Shown here piece by piece: positions 1-7,682 of a DNA stretch of 28,285 nt. Where the stretch lies: NCBI GenBank assembly GCA_964359535.1, contig CAYHTF010000001.1:1-28285 (forward strand). Reading direction: 5' to 3'. The notes beneath the pieces are model-generated. The model was given only the letters and a program-made list of their open reading frames with translations, did not search any database and had not been told where the DNA came from. The stretch comes from an uncultured Candidatus Saccharibacteria bacterium. Its GTDB lineage: Bacteria; Patescibacteriota; Minisyncoccia; Minisyncoccales; JAUWAW01. A program made the translations under genes and the position numbers. How positions within the stretch are numbered: the first letter of the stretch is position 1; every line of letters starts with the position of its first letter.

Positions 1-2
1 GG

Positions 3-329
3 CTGAGCAAGAAAAATATCCGCTTCTTCGGCCGCAAAATCATCGTTGTTCTGGCCTACTATATCGCGGTCGTTCTGCCGCTTTATCTTAAAGGCATTAT
101 CGGTCATCCGGACAATAGTTTTTGCGGCTGCGGCAAGGAAGAATTGATTATGGACAAACTAATTGTGGGCATTGCTTCCGGCTCGGTGGGTTTTATTATT
201 GGCGCTATACTTTACCATTATTTGAAAAAGAAAAATCAGGGCAAAGCGTATTTTCCTTTTCAAAAGGTTGTTTTGCCCATTGCCCCTTTGATTATTTTAA
301 CCGTTGTTTTTTACTTCTTAACTCGCTAA
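3..329 (+). CDS. Partial CDS (5' end off-window): small hydrophobic membrane protein, family not recognised
   Basis: Frame 3 is open from the window edge to TAA at 327-329 (LSKKNIRFFGRKIIVVLAYYIAVVLPLYLKG...IVGIASGSVGFIIGAILYHY...LPIAPLIILTVVFYFLTR). The 144..329 track ORF is only the tail of this frame. It has three helix-length hydrophobic stretches. Confidence 0.45.
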   Translation: MSKKNIRFFGRKIIVVLAYYIAVVLPLYLKGIIGHPDNSFCGCGKEELIMDKLIVGIASGSVGFIIGAILYHYLKKKNQGKAYFPFQKVVLPIAPLIILTVVFYFLTR

Positions 330-380
330 CTTGTGGATAACTAATTGCCAGAGATCTGTTCTCTGCCAGTTTATTACGCT

Positions 381-920
381 ATGGAACAGCCAATCATTGA
401 AAAATTAAACGAGTTTGTGCAAAAAGCCGACCTGCTCAAAAAGCAGGAAAAGCTTGATTTGTCTTCGGACCAGGATTTAAGCATTGCCATTATGAATTTG
501 GTGAGTATTGAAGAACATTTTTTCTTTTCCGGCGGCAAAACCCAAAAACCAGAGTATTACGACCTAATCAAGGATGTGCGGGAAATGAGAAAAGAACTGC
601 TCAAGAAAATTATTAAGGATTCAGAGCCGGGCGCGGAAAAATGGTGCATTTCCAAGCACTTGCTGGCCGCTTCTATGCGGCTGATGGAAGTGGGCACCAA
701 GCAATTGGGCCAGGACAAAAAACAAGAGGCCTATGATTTGTTTGACAAGGCCTATCAGCTATATTCTCTTTTTTGGGGAATAAATATGGGGCTGGTTAAA
801 ACAGACGACATCAAACACATTGACGATGGCGCCATAAATAAACACGACAAAGAGAAAAAAGGATTTATGGGAAAACTGGGCGAGCTGGTCAAAAAAGTGA
901 TTGACTGCTGTATTGAATAA
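381..920 (+). CDS. Hypothetical soluble Lys/Glu-rich protein
   Basis: The track ORF 345..920 starts at TTG. I prefer the first in-frame ATG at 381 (MEQPIIEKLNEF...). A hairpin terminator follows. No family recognised. Confidence 0.55.
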   Translation: MEQPIIEKLNEFVQKADLLKKQEKLDLSSDQDLSIAIMNLVSIEEHFFFSGGKTQKPEYYDLIKDVREMRKELLKKIIKDSEPGAEKWCISKHLLAASMRLMEVGTKQLGQDKKQEAYDLFDKAYQLYSLFWGINMGLVKTDDIKHIDDGAINKHDKEKKGFMGKLGELVKKVIDCCIE

Positions 921-939
921 AATAGTCTATAAACAAAAT

Positions 940-965
940 CACCGCAACAAGCGGTGTTTTTGTTT
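940..965 (+). terminator. Rho-independent terminator
   Basis: Stem caccgc (940-945) pairs with gcggtg (951-956) around loop aacaa, followed by ttttgttt. Confidence 0.6.
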
Positions 966-1036
966 ACTCATCTTCAAACATTCAAATACTTAGCATAGTA
1001 TTTGAAGTAACCATCGGGGCTGGAATAGACATATTT

Positions 1037-1819
1037 TTATTTACAAACAACATAATGCAAATATTCTAATGTTTTGTTTGTTGTATAATTTCTATTTTCT
1101 GACTTATCCGCTTTGAAGCGATTATATTCTTTCGTGAAATAACCATATTTGCCCCGTAGGATCATTGTTTCTTTAATATCCTTAAGCGTCATAAGTCCCT
1201 CGTTGTTGTAGCTTAAAAAGATATATTTTGCTTTCGCTTTTAAAATCAAATCCTTAAATACTTTTTTTACCTGCGTTCCTGAGCAATAAAGAGATTTTTG
1301 ATTTTGATAATCACGCAAGCCAGTTTTTCCATGTATTTTTGGATTATCATATTTGGCGATAGTTTCAAGCATGTGATAATTTGTTGCGTATTGCCGGTGA
1401 TTATATGGCGGGTCAAGATATAAAATGTCCCCTTCAACCTTGCTCGCAAGATTATTAATGTCCTCGTTGAAAACTTGGTGTTCTTGGTCATTCATTATCA
1501 ACTCTGCCGGTTTTAACACAAATGGCGTTTGTGCCGTCTTTTTTAATTGTTTCAAAAACGCGCCATAAATAGAGGCGGTATTCGCTCGTCTATCAATCGT
1601 TTCAATAAGTGTGGCCAGGAGAAAATAATACTCATTGTCAGTAATCAGCTTTTCTTTTTTCCAATTCTCAACTTTTTGGCGAATTGCGTCGCATCTCATT
1701 CCGTTTTCGTCAGAAAAATATTGTCGCCCCTCGTTTTTATTTTTAGTTCCGCCAACGCAATAGTTTTTATAATAAAGCAGGCGTGCCATATCCGCATTTC
1801 TCGCAAACATCACGCTCAA
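1037..1819 (-). pseudogene. N-terminally truncated D12-class (Dam superfamily, M.FokI N-domain-like) adenine DNA methyltransferase remnant
   Basis: It contains YFSDENGMRCDAIRQKVENW, ASIYGAFLKQL and GDILYLDPPYNHRQYATNYHMLETIAKYDNPKIHGKTGLRDYQNQKSLYC. These match, as I recall it, M.FokI-type methylases from about residue 100 onward, including motif IV (DPPY). The N-terminal ~90-100 aa with the AdoMet-binding FxGxG motif is absent. There is an in-frame stop at 1835-1837, and the only starts are TTG (1819) or internal ATGs. Confidence 0.6.
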
Positions 1820-2054
1820 CCAAATTTTTGCCGTCTATATCAAACATTCTTGACACTAACTCAACTTCGCAATGAATACAAATCTCTCTTGCCTCTGTCA
1901 ATTCATAATCTACAACTTTCAAATTATCATCAATACCATCAAATTTTGAGTATTGGTTATCCGTATTATGCAAAGCAATAACTAATTGTTTCTCCAAATC
2001 AATTTTAGACAAACTGCTTTCCACTTTGGCTTTTATATTTACATCGTAAAACAT
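1767..2054 (-). CDS. Small zinc-ribbon protein (two CxxC pairs), function unknown
   Basis: 95-aa ORF with an ATG start. CIHC and CEKC lie ~20 aa apart near the C-terminus. It occupies the position where the missing methylase N-terminus would be and overlaps the remnant by 53 nt in another frame. Confidence 0.4.
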   Translation of the reverse strand: MFYDVNIKAKVESSLSKIDLEKQLVIALHNTDNQYSKFDGIDDNLKVVDYELTEAREICIHCEVELVSRMFDIDGKNLVERDVCEKCGYGTPALL

Positions 2055-2098
2055 AAATTTTTTGTTAATTGTTAATATTGATACTAAAATTCAAAAAA

Positions 2099-2800
2099 TT
2101 ACCCCTGAAATATATACTTTTTGTGATATTCCAAAAATTCTTCTCTACCGTCAACATTTAAGTCTTCAACGGCTTGATTATTGAAAATATTTAATCTAAC
2201 AATATTTTCTTTTGAAAGCTTGCTTGAAATCAAAATCTTTTTATCAAGTGTGAATGTTATCAACCCAATACCCCTATCAAATAATTTATCAAATAATGGA
2301 GAAAGCAAAATTCCATTTTTTACATTTATTCTTTCTTCATTGTTGCTGTGCACCCAAGGTTTAATATGGCTAGCAATTAAAAGTCTTTTATCGTCAATTC
2401 CCGTAATGGGACATCTTTTCATCTCTGAAAATAAATTACTCCTAAAATAGGATTGTCCGATTCTACTTTTTTGCTCAATAATTTTTTCTGTATTTTTAAA
2501 TTTTCTTGTTGCCCTAAAAACAATTTTATTTTTATCAATAGTAAAAAAACCTAAATCGTCTTTTTCAATTTTTTCTATAAAATCAGTCAACGCGTAAACT
2601 CCTTTTGCGATTCTTGTAAATCTCGAGTCTCTTTGAACTCTTTCCTGAATTGTGTTATCTGGAGTTATCCCAGTAATTTTACTTTTATCTTTGTAGTTCC
2701 AAACCTCCTTATATAAAAGCTTTAACGGCGCAAAATAACCATTGTTCATCATCACTCTTTCTATCGCTTCGGAATAAGTTGTGTCGTCGTTATTAAACAT
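2099..2800 (-). CDS. HNH (HNH_2-type) restriction endonuclease candidate with N-terminal winged-helix-like domain
   Basis: RIGQSYFRSNLFSEMKRCPITGIDDKRLLIASHIKPWVHSNNEERINVKNGILLSPLFDKLFDRG is the RxGQxxFRxxL...CxITG...ASHIxPW...NG pattern of HNH_2 nucleases. The N-terminal YSEAIERVMMNNG...RFTRIAKGVYAL resembles Mrr_N/HARE-HTH. The start overlaps the methylase stop by 8 nt. Confidence 0.8.
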   Translation of the reverse strand: MFNNDDTTYSEAIERVMMNNGYFAPLKLLYKEVWNYKDKSKITGITPDNTIQERVQRDSRFTRIAKGVYALTDFIEKIEKDDLGFFTIDKNKIVFRATRKFKNTEKIIEQKSRIGQSYFRSNLFSEMKRCPITGIDDKRLLIASHIKPWVHSNNEERINVKNGILLSPLFDKLFDRGIGLITFTLDKKILISSKLSKENIVRLNIFNNQAVEDLNVDGREEFLEYHKKYIFQG

Positions 2801-3563
2801 ATTGAAATTGTTTAAAAATGTAATAATCGCTAGACAACGCCCTATATTTCCAAATAGCTTCTTTGTGCTGTTTGGCGCGATTGCCTTCTATATTTTTAAT
2901 TATAATACTTTTTAGCGTAAGCCCCAATTTCTGAGCTTCGTTCATGCAATAAAACCCTAAAGGTATCCATCTGCCAGCCGTGTATTTATCGCCAATAACA
3001 ATCGTGAGATATCTGGCTTTCTCCAAAACTTCAATCGTGTTTTTTAGAACAGCCGAAAATTTTTCTAAAAATTCTTTAAGCGACTTAGTATTTGATAAAT
3101 CCTCTTTCAAGTCGCTAAACTTAATTATATCAGCGTAAGGCGGGTGTAGAATTGCTAATTGTATATTTTTCTTTTTTCTTGCGTTTAAGATTTCAGTTAT
3201 GCTCGAAAAAGTCTTTTTATCAGTACTGTCGCCAGTTATAAGTTCCGCGAAATAATTCTCATTATCGACCCTGCTTTTTATATGTTTTATAAGGTCATGC
3301 TGTATATCAATTCCAATAAAATGTCTGCCTAATCTTTCAGCTTCGTAAGCTGTTGTTCCGCTACCTACAAATGGGTCAAAAACAATATCGTTTCTTTTTG
3401 TATATCTCAAAATTAATTGTCGTGGAATCTGTGGGACAAAATTGCCGTGATAAAAGCCGTCGTGCTTTCCGGTTTTGTCTCTTTCGGGAATAATCCATAA
3501 ACTATCCGTCCAAATTTCTGATTCTTTCCAATTATTTAAATTTACATCATTGAAGTTCGGCAT
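2793..3563 (-). CDS. DNA methyltransferase (N4/N6 family) with motif I preceding motif IV
   Basis: HGNFVPQIPRQLILRYTKRNDIVFDPFVGSGTTAYEAERLGRHFIGIDI (motifs X-I of N6_N4 methylases) lies at aa ~40-88. LAILHPPYADII (motif IV variant, HPPY) lies at aa ~147-158. It is translationally coupled to the HNH gene. Confidence 0.8.
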   Translation of the reverse strand: MPNFNDVNLNNWKESEIWTDSLWIIPERDKTGKHDGFYHGNFVPQIPRQLILRYTKRNDIVFDPFVGSGTTAYEAERLGRHFIGIDIQHDLIKHIKSRVDNENYFAELITGDSTDKKTFSSITEILNARKKKNIQLAILHPPYADIIKFSDLKEDLSNTKSLKEFLEKFSAVLKNTIEVLEKARYLTIVIGDKYTAGRWIPLGFYCMNEAQKLGLTLKSIIIKNIEGNRAKQHKEAIWKYRALSSDYYIFKQFQYV

Positions 3564-3580
3564 GATTATTTTTATCGTAT

Positions 3581-3672
3581 TGCCGCCTACGCTAAAGCTT
3601 CGGCGGGCATAAGACCCGCTAAATTCGCTTCGCCCCGCTAAACGGGGCTTCGCTCATTAAGCGGCTCTTATG
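3581..3672. repeat. Nested hairpin cluster forming the 3' trailer of tRNA-Pro
   Basis: The outer stem pairs 3608-3620 with 3660-3672 (12 of 13 bp). The inner perfect hairpin is gccccg-ctaaa-cggggc (3632-3648). A further ccgcc/ggcgg stem pairs 3583-3587 with 3602-3606. The outer stem ends 1 nt from the tRNA discriminator. Confidence 0.7.
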
Positions 3673-3743
3673 TCGGGGCGTCGGGATTCGAACCCGAATT
3701 AAATCTTCCCAAAAGACTCGTGCTGCCATTGCACTACGCCCCG
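3673..3743 (-). tRNA. tRNA-Pro (anticodon TGG), no encoded CCA
   Basis: The reverse complement CGGGGCG-TA-GTGC-AATGGCA-GCAC-G-AGTCT-TTTGGGA-AGATT-TAAT-TCGGG-TTCGAAT-CCCGA-CGCCCCG-A folds as a full cloverleaf. The anticodon loop is TT-TGG-GA. Confidence 0.9.
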
Positions 3744-3810
3744 TTTTTTAACCTTGCTTTCATCTTAACGGAAAACTGGGACTGGTCAACCCATTCTTGT
3801 TTTTCCACTG

Positions 3811-3819
3811 TGGTATAAT
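3811..3819 (+). promoter_or_regulatory. Extended -10 promoter candidate for the histidine kinase
   Basis: TGgTATAAT sits 24 nt upstream of the GTG start at 3844. Confidence 0.35.
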
Positions 3820-3843
3820 TATATTGCGTAGTATAATAAAGTT

Positions 3844-4788
3844 GTGAAACTCAAAGATTTTTTTCAAGAGTTCAATATCCCGGGCCAATGCCGAAAATAC
3901 GGCTTGCCGCTTTGGCAATGCCCGCAGTTTTTGTTTTTGCTGATGGGTCTTGTTATTATCTTCGCCAACACCGTTATTTATGCTGTCGGCACTCGTTTTT
4001 TCGCTGAGCCAGAGACAGTCGCTCTAGTTGTCATTGCTGTTACGGCAGTACTGTTTATTATGTCCTTTACTATAATGCGCAGCTTTGAACGGCTGGCCGA
4101 GGTGAGTCGCATGAAAACGGAATTCGTCAATGTGGTTTCCCATCAGTTAAGGGCGCCCATTTCCAATCTAACTTGGGCTATTGAGTTTTTGATGTCCGGC
4201 CGAATAGGCCAGGACAAAGAAAAACAGGCGGAATATTTTGAGCTTCTCAAAGAGAACAGCGCTAGAATGCAAGAGCTTGTTTCGGACTTACTGACAGTTG
4301 CGCGCATTGAAACAGCCACTTTGGTTCTGCAAAAAGACAAGGTTTTGCTGGCCGAAGTAGTTCAAGAAGTCATTAACGCTTTCAAAATTTTCGCTCAATC
4401 ATCGCATGTGGAAATAAAAGTTAATATTGAAGAAGGCCTGCCCGCGATTTTAGCCGACCGCGGCCAGCTTAAAATAGCCGTTGAAAACTTGATAGAAAAC
4501 GCTATCCGCTATACTAAAGGAAAGGGCCGGGTCCAAGCTATCCTTAAGCGTGTGGAAAACATGATTTATTTCGCGGTCAAAGACGACGGCGAGGGCATAC
4601 CCAAACCGGACCAGAAGTTTATTTTTCAGAAGTTTTTCCGCGCTGAAAACGCGCGCCAGCTCCAAACTCAGGGTTCGGGACTGGGCCTTTACATTACCAA
4701 AGCCATTATTGAAAAGTCGGGCGGTCGAATCGGCTTTGAAAGCCAGGAAGGCAAAGGCAGCCGTTTTTGGTTTAGTTTGCCCCGTTAA
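3844..4788 (+). CDS. Sensor histidine kinase (2 TM + HisKA + HATPase_c)
   Basis: GTG start. Two N-terminal hydrophobic helices. H-box FVNVVSHQLRAPISNL. N/G boxes ENLIENAIRYT, DDGEGIP and GSGLGLYITKAIIEKSGGRIGFES. Confidence 0.9.
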   Translation: MKLKDFFQEFNIPGQCRKYGLPLWQCPQFLFLLMGLVIIFANTVIYAVGTRFFAEPETVALVVIAVTAVLFIMSFTIMRSFERLAEVSRMKTEFVNVVSHQLRAPISNLTWAIEFLMSGRIGQDKEKQAEYFELLKENSARMQELVSDLLTVARIETATLVLQKDKVLLAEVVQEVINAFKIFAQSSHVEIKVNIEEGLPAILADRGQLKIAVENLIENAIRYTKGKGRVQAILKRVENMIYFAVKDDGEGIPKPDQKFIFQKFFRAENARQLQTQGSGLGLYITKAIIEKSGGRIGFESQEGKGSRFWFSLPR

Positions 4789-4812
4789 CTTCACAAGATA
4801 TACACAGTTTTG

Positions 4813-4818
4813 TATAAT
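4813..4818 (+). promoter_or_regulatory. -10 box candidate (TATAAT) for the ATPase gene
   Basis: A perfect TATAAT lies 21 nt upstream of ATG 4840. It falls inside the TTG-initiated extension of the track ORF, which argues for the ATG start. Confidence 0.35.
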
Positions 4819-4839
4819 GCTGTTATACAGCAGATATTT

Positions 4840-6021
4840 ATGATTTATCCAAGGAAGCTATTGGTAAAAGTTAAAAATCGGTTGAAAGCCAAGGAGATCG
4901 TAGTGGTGACGGGAATGCGTCGAGTGGGCAAAACCACGCTTTTGAAAATGGTTTTTGACGGCATTAATAGCCCTAACAAGGTTTTTTTAGATATTGAAAA
5001 TCCAGTGGAACAAAAAATTTTTGAAGAAAAAGATTATAACAACATTTGGGCTAACTTAAAGCCATATGGTATTGCAAATACCAGCAAGTCCTACCTATTT
5101 TTAGATGAGGTTCAGGCAAGCCCAAGCATTATTAAAGCGGTTAAATATTTACAGGATCATTATGATGTAAAATTTTTCTTAACTGGCTCCAGTAGTTTTT
5201 ATCTGAAAAATCTTTTCTCTGAAAGTTTGGCTGGCCGTAAAATAATTTTTGAAATGTTTCCACTTGATTTTGAAGAGTTTTTAATTTTTAAGGGCATCAC
5301 TAAAGAGTTTCATATTTCATTTAAGCAGAAACAAGACAAGAAAAATAAAATTCAGCATGAGCGGCTGAAAAAGTTTTACGAGGAATACTTGGAATTTGGC
5401 GGGTTTCCGCAAGTTGTTTTAGCTGAAAGTTTTGAGCAAAAGAAGGAAAATCTCAAGGATATTTTCAAATCTTACTTCGAAAAAGATGTGCGGTCTTTAG
5501 CTGATTTCCGCGAGATTAATGTTTTTCGCGATTTATTGCTTTTACTTTTACGGAGAGTTGGCTCTAAATTAGAGATAAGCAAGCTGTCTGTCGAGGTTGG
5601 CGCTGCCAGAGCCACGGTTTATTCCTACTTGTCGTTTTTACAAGGCACTTATATGATTGATTTAGTGCCACTTTATTCCAAAAGTATTGATAAAGAGGTG
5701 GCTGGAGCTAAAAAAGTATATGTTTGCGATAATGGCTTGTTAAGTCAATTTAGTCGTGTTAGTAGCGGGGCTTTGTTGGAAAATGCTGTTTATCTTAATT
5801 TAAAACAATGTGGCAAGATTGGTTATTATCAAAAAAGGCAAGGATCGGAAGTAGATTTTATTTTAGATGACAAAATTGCCCTTGAGGTTAAGGAAAAAGG
5901 AAACGAAAGCGATTACTTAAAATTGAGCAGGATTGCCAAGAGTTTAGACATAAAAGAAAGATATGTTGTCAGTAAAGATTTCGCGCCAAAAAGGGGGTTT
6001 ATTCCTGCTTCTGAAGTTTAA
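4840..6021 (+). CDS. AAA_14-type ATPase with DUF4143-like C-terminal (PD-(D/E)xK-like) domain
   Basis: Walker A VVTGMRRVGKTTLLK. Walker B YLFLDEVQ. The C-terminal GSEVDFILDDKIALEVKEKG resembles a D...E-x-K nuclease motif. I chose ATG 4840 over the track's TTG 4810. Confidence 0.8.
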   Translation: MIYPRKLLVKVKNRLKAKEIVVVTGMRRVGKTTLLKMVFDGINSPNKVFLDIENPVEQKIFEEKDYNNIWANLKPYGIANTSKSYLFLDEVQASPSIIKAVKYLQDHYDVKFFLTGSSSFYLKNLFSESLAGRKIIFEMFPLDFEEFLIFKGITKEFHISFKQKQDKKNKIQHERLKKFYEEYLEFGGFPQVVLAESFEQKKENLKDIFKSYFEKDVRSLADFREINVFRDLLLLLLRRVGSKLEISKLSVEVGAARATVYSYLSFLQGTYMIDLVPLYSKSIDKEVAGAKKVYVCDNGLLSQFSRVSSGALLENAVYLNLKQCGKIGYYQKRQGSEVDFILDDKIALEVKEKGNESDYLKLSRIAKSLDIKERYVVSKDFAPKRGFIPASEV

Positions 6022-6063
6022 AATTATTTTGCTTGCCCCGTAAAGTATAAAAAGTATAAATTT

Positions 6064-6882
6064 ATGTATTTCAAAAAAAACACCCTAACAAGAGTAACCG
6101 CGTTAATCTATTTTGTGGGTTTTGCTATTGTTTTTTATTTGGTATTAAATATTGCTAATCCCAGCGCTTCCGGCGGAGAAGGTGTGTTTGGTCAGATAGC
6201 GTATGTGGTAGTAAGTGCGTTTGGGATAATAATACCAACTGTGTTCGCGGGAACAATGTTAATTAGTGGTTTTATACAAATTGGTTTTTCGATTGTAGGG
6301 TGGAAAAAATTAACTATTGCAGACAAAGTTATTTTTGCAATTATGTTGTTAAGTTTTTTGTTTATGTTTCTTATTCTTGCTTATAACTTTTTGATTTATA
6401 GAACTGAAGGTTATCAAAATTCAAAAATAATAGAAAGCATAAAAGAGCAAGACAATCCAGATTTATGTGGAGAAATAAAAGATCAAAATATAGTTATTGA
6501 AAATGAGACAATAGAACATTGTTATAAGGAGTTTGCCCTAAAAAGACAAGACCCTAATTTATGTAAAAACAATTCTTGCTTTATTGAATTGGCTATAATT
6601 CTTAAAGATCCCTCTTTGTGTGAAAAGATGGTTTATGATTTTTCTGAACCAGGTTGTTATGAGGATGTTTTTAATGAAATTTGGGGAAGCATAGAAAATA
6701 AAGAAGCTGTTTGTGGTGCGATTGAGGATACAAATAACAAAAAGTGCTGCTTCAAGAGAATAGAATTAGAAAGGGTTTTAAATAAACCTTGGAGAAGCGA
6801 AGAAAGTAGAAAAGCGGTTTGTGGCAGTAAGGATCCAGGTCTCGCAGATTGTTGCTCTTTTAGGGTAGAACTAGAAAAGTAA
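6064..6882 (+). CDS. Membrane protein with C-terminal Cys-rich repeats
   Basis: The N-terminal ~110 aa have 3-4 hydrophobic helices. The C-terminal half has recurring xDPxLC / xAVCG / CC motifs (NPDLCGE, DPNLCKN, DPSLCEK, EAVCGAIED..KCCF, KAVCGSKDP..DCCSF). No family recognised. Confidence 0.6.
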   Translation: MYFKKNTLTRVTALIYFVGFAIVFYLVLNIANPSASGGEGVFGQIAYVVVSAFGIIIPTVFAGTMLISGFIQIGFSIVGWKKLTIADKVIFAIMLLSFLFMFLILAYNFLIYRTEGYQNSKIIESIKEQDNPDLCGEIKDQNIVIENETIEHCYKEFALKRQDPNLCKNNSCFIELAIILKDPSLCEKMVYDFSEPGCYEDVFNEIWGSIENKEAVCGAIEDTNNKKCCFKRIELERVLNKPWRSEESRKAVCGSKDPGLADCCSFRVELEK

Positions 6883-6992
6883 AAAAGTTTATAAATTTTA
6901 TGGTAGAAAAAGAAGAACAATTACAAAAACAAGGGAAGTTGATAAATATTGACAACTGTTTTTGTTTTGTTACAATTAAAGAGATTAATCTC

Positions 6993-7031
6993 ACTGCGTT
7001 CGGGGTCGCAAGCCCATGACCGCAGTTTTTA
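6993..7031 (+). terminator. Hairpin terminator after the Cys-rich gene
   Basis: actgcg (6993-6998) pairs with cgcagt (7021-7026), enclosing an inner ggg(t)...(g)ccc stem, followed by ttttt. Confidence 0.5.
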
Positions 7032-7037
7032 TTTAAA

Positions 7038-7130
7038 ATGCGAGTTGTAATTTTTATTGATGGCAGTAATTTTTATCATCACCTTAAATATCTAACCGCT
7101 GGAAAGAATAATTTATCTCTGTTGAGTTAG
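7038..7130 (+). pseudogene. Remnant of a NYN/LabA-like (DUF88) gene: N-terminal 30 codons only
   Basis: ATG...MRVVIFIDGSNFYHHLKYLTAGKNNLSLLS then TAG. M-R-V-x-I-F-I-D-G-S-N-x-Y is the characteristic N-terminus of NYN-domain proteins. The rest of the domain is absent. Confidence 0.5.
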
Positions 7131-7177
7131 GACTTTTAACGGGGTTTGCCTATAAAATAATTATAAATAATACGAAT

Positions 7178-7543
7178 ATGAAAAAAATTCTTTTAATTGA
7201 GGACGAGGCGGCTTTGCAAAAAACCGTGGGCGATCTTTTAATCTCCGAGGGCTACGAGGTGCGCTCGGCTCTGGACGGCGAAATCGGAGTTGCTTTGGCT
7301 CAAAGCGAAAAGCCGGACTTGATTTTGCTTGACTTAATCTTGCCCAAGCTTCACGGATTTGAAGTGCTCAAGTTTTTAAAGAGCAACGAAAGCACCAAAG
7401 ATATTCCGGTGATTGTGCTTACTAATTTAGAAAAGGTCTCTGATGTGGACAGGGCTTTGGAGCTTGGCGCGACCACTTATCTCGTTAAAGCGGCTTACAC
7501 TTTGGAGGAAATAGTGGAGAAAGTGAAAAAAGCGCTCGAATGA
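7178..7543 (+). CDS. Single-domain response regulator (CheY-like receiver)
   Basis: KKILLIEDE, phospho-acceptor context DLILLDLILPKLHGFEV, PVIVLTNL and TYLVKA. There is no output domain. Confidence 0.9.
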   Translation: MKKILLIEDEAALQKTVGDLLISEGYEVRSALDGEIGVALAQSEKPDLILLDLILPKLHGFEVLKFLKSNESTKDIPVIVLTNLEKVSDVDRALELGATTYLVKAAYTLEEIVEKVKKALE

Positions 7544-7545
7544 TA

Positions 7546-7675
7546 AATTAGAAAATAGTTATTGGAACATAGAAAATGGTAATAGAAATTAGAAAATGGA
7601 AAAAATAGACGATTAACCAATTTCTAATTTCCATTTTCCATTACTAATTTCAAATTTCTAACAACCAATTTCCGT
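7546..7675. repeat. AT-rich mirror-word spacer with a 15-nt stem
   Basis: The left half is built from ATTAGAAAAT/AGAAAATGG words and the right half from their complements (TTTCTAAT, CCATTTTC). The best stem pairs 7585-7599 with 7617-7631 (14 of 15 bp). Confidence 0.5.
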
Positions 7676-7682
7676 TGAATCT

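Noticed and set aside
1011-1026. Possible att-site remnant (atcggggctggaat) resembling the tRNA-Pro 3' end (tcggggcgtcgggatt) at the far edge of the R-M islet
   Set aside because: Only 7 contiguous identical bases, with poor identity after a forced gap. That is too weak to call a direct repeat.
7546-7675. CRISPR-like or tandem-repeat array
   Set aside because: The repeated words are 8-12 nt, irregularly spaced and inverted between halves. There is no repeat-spacer periodicity and no cas genes.
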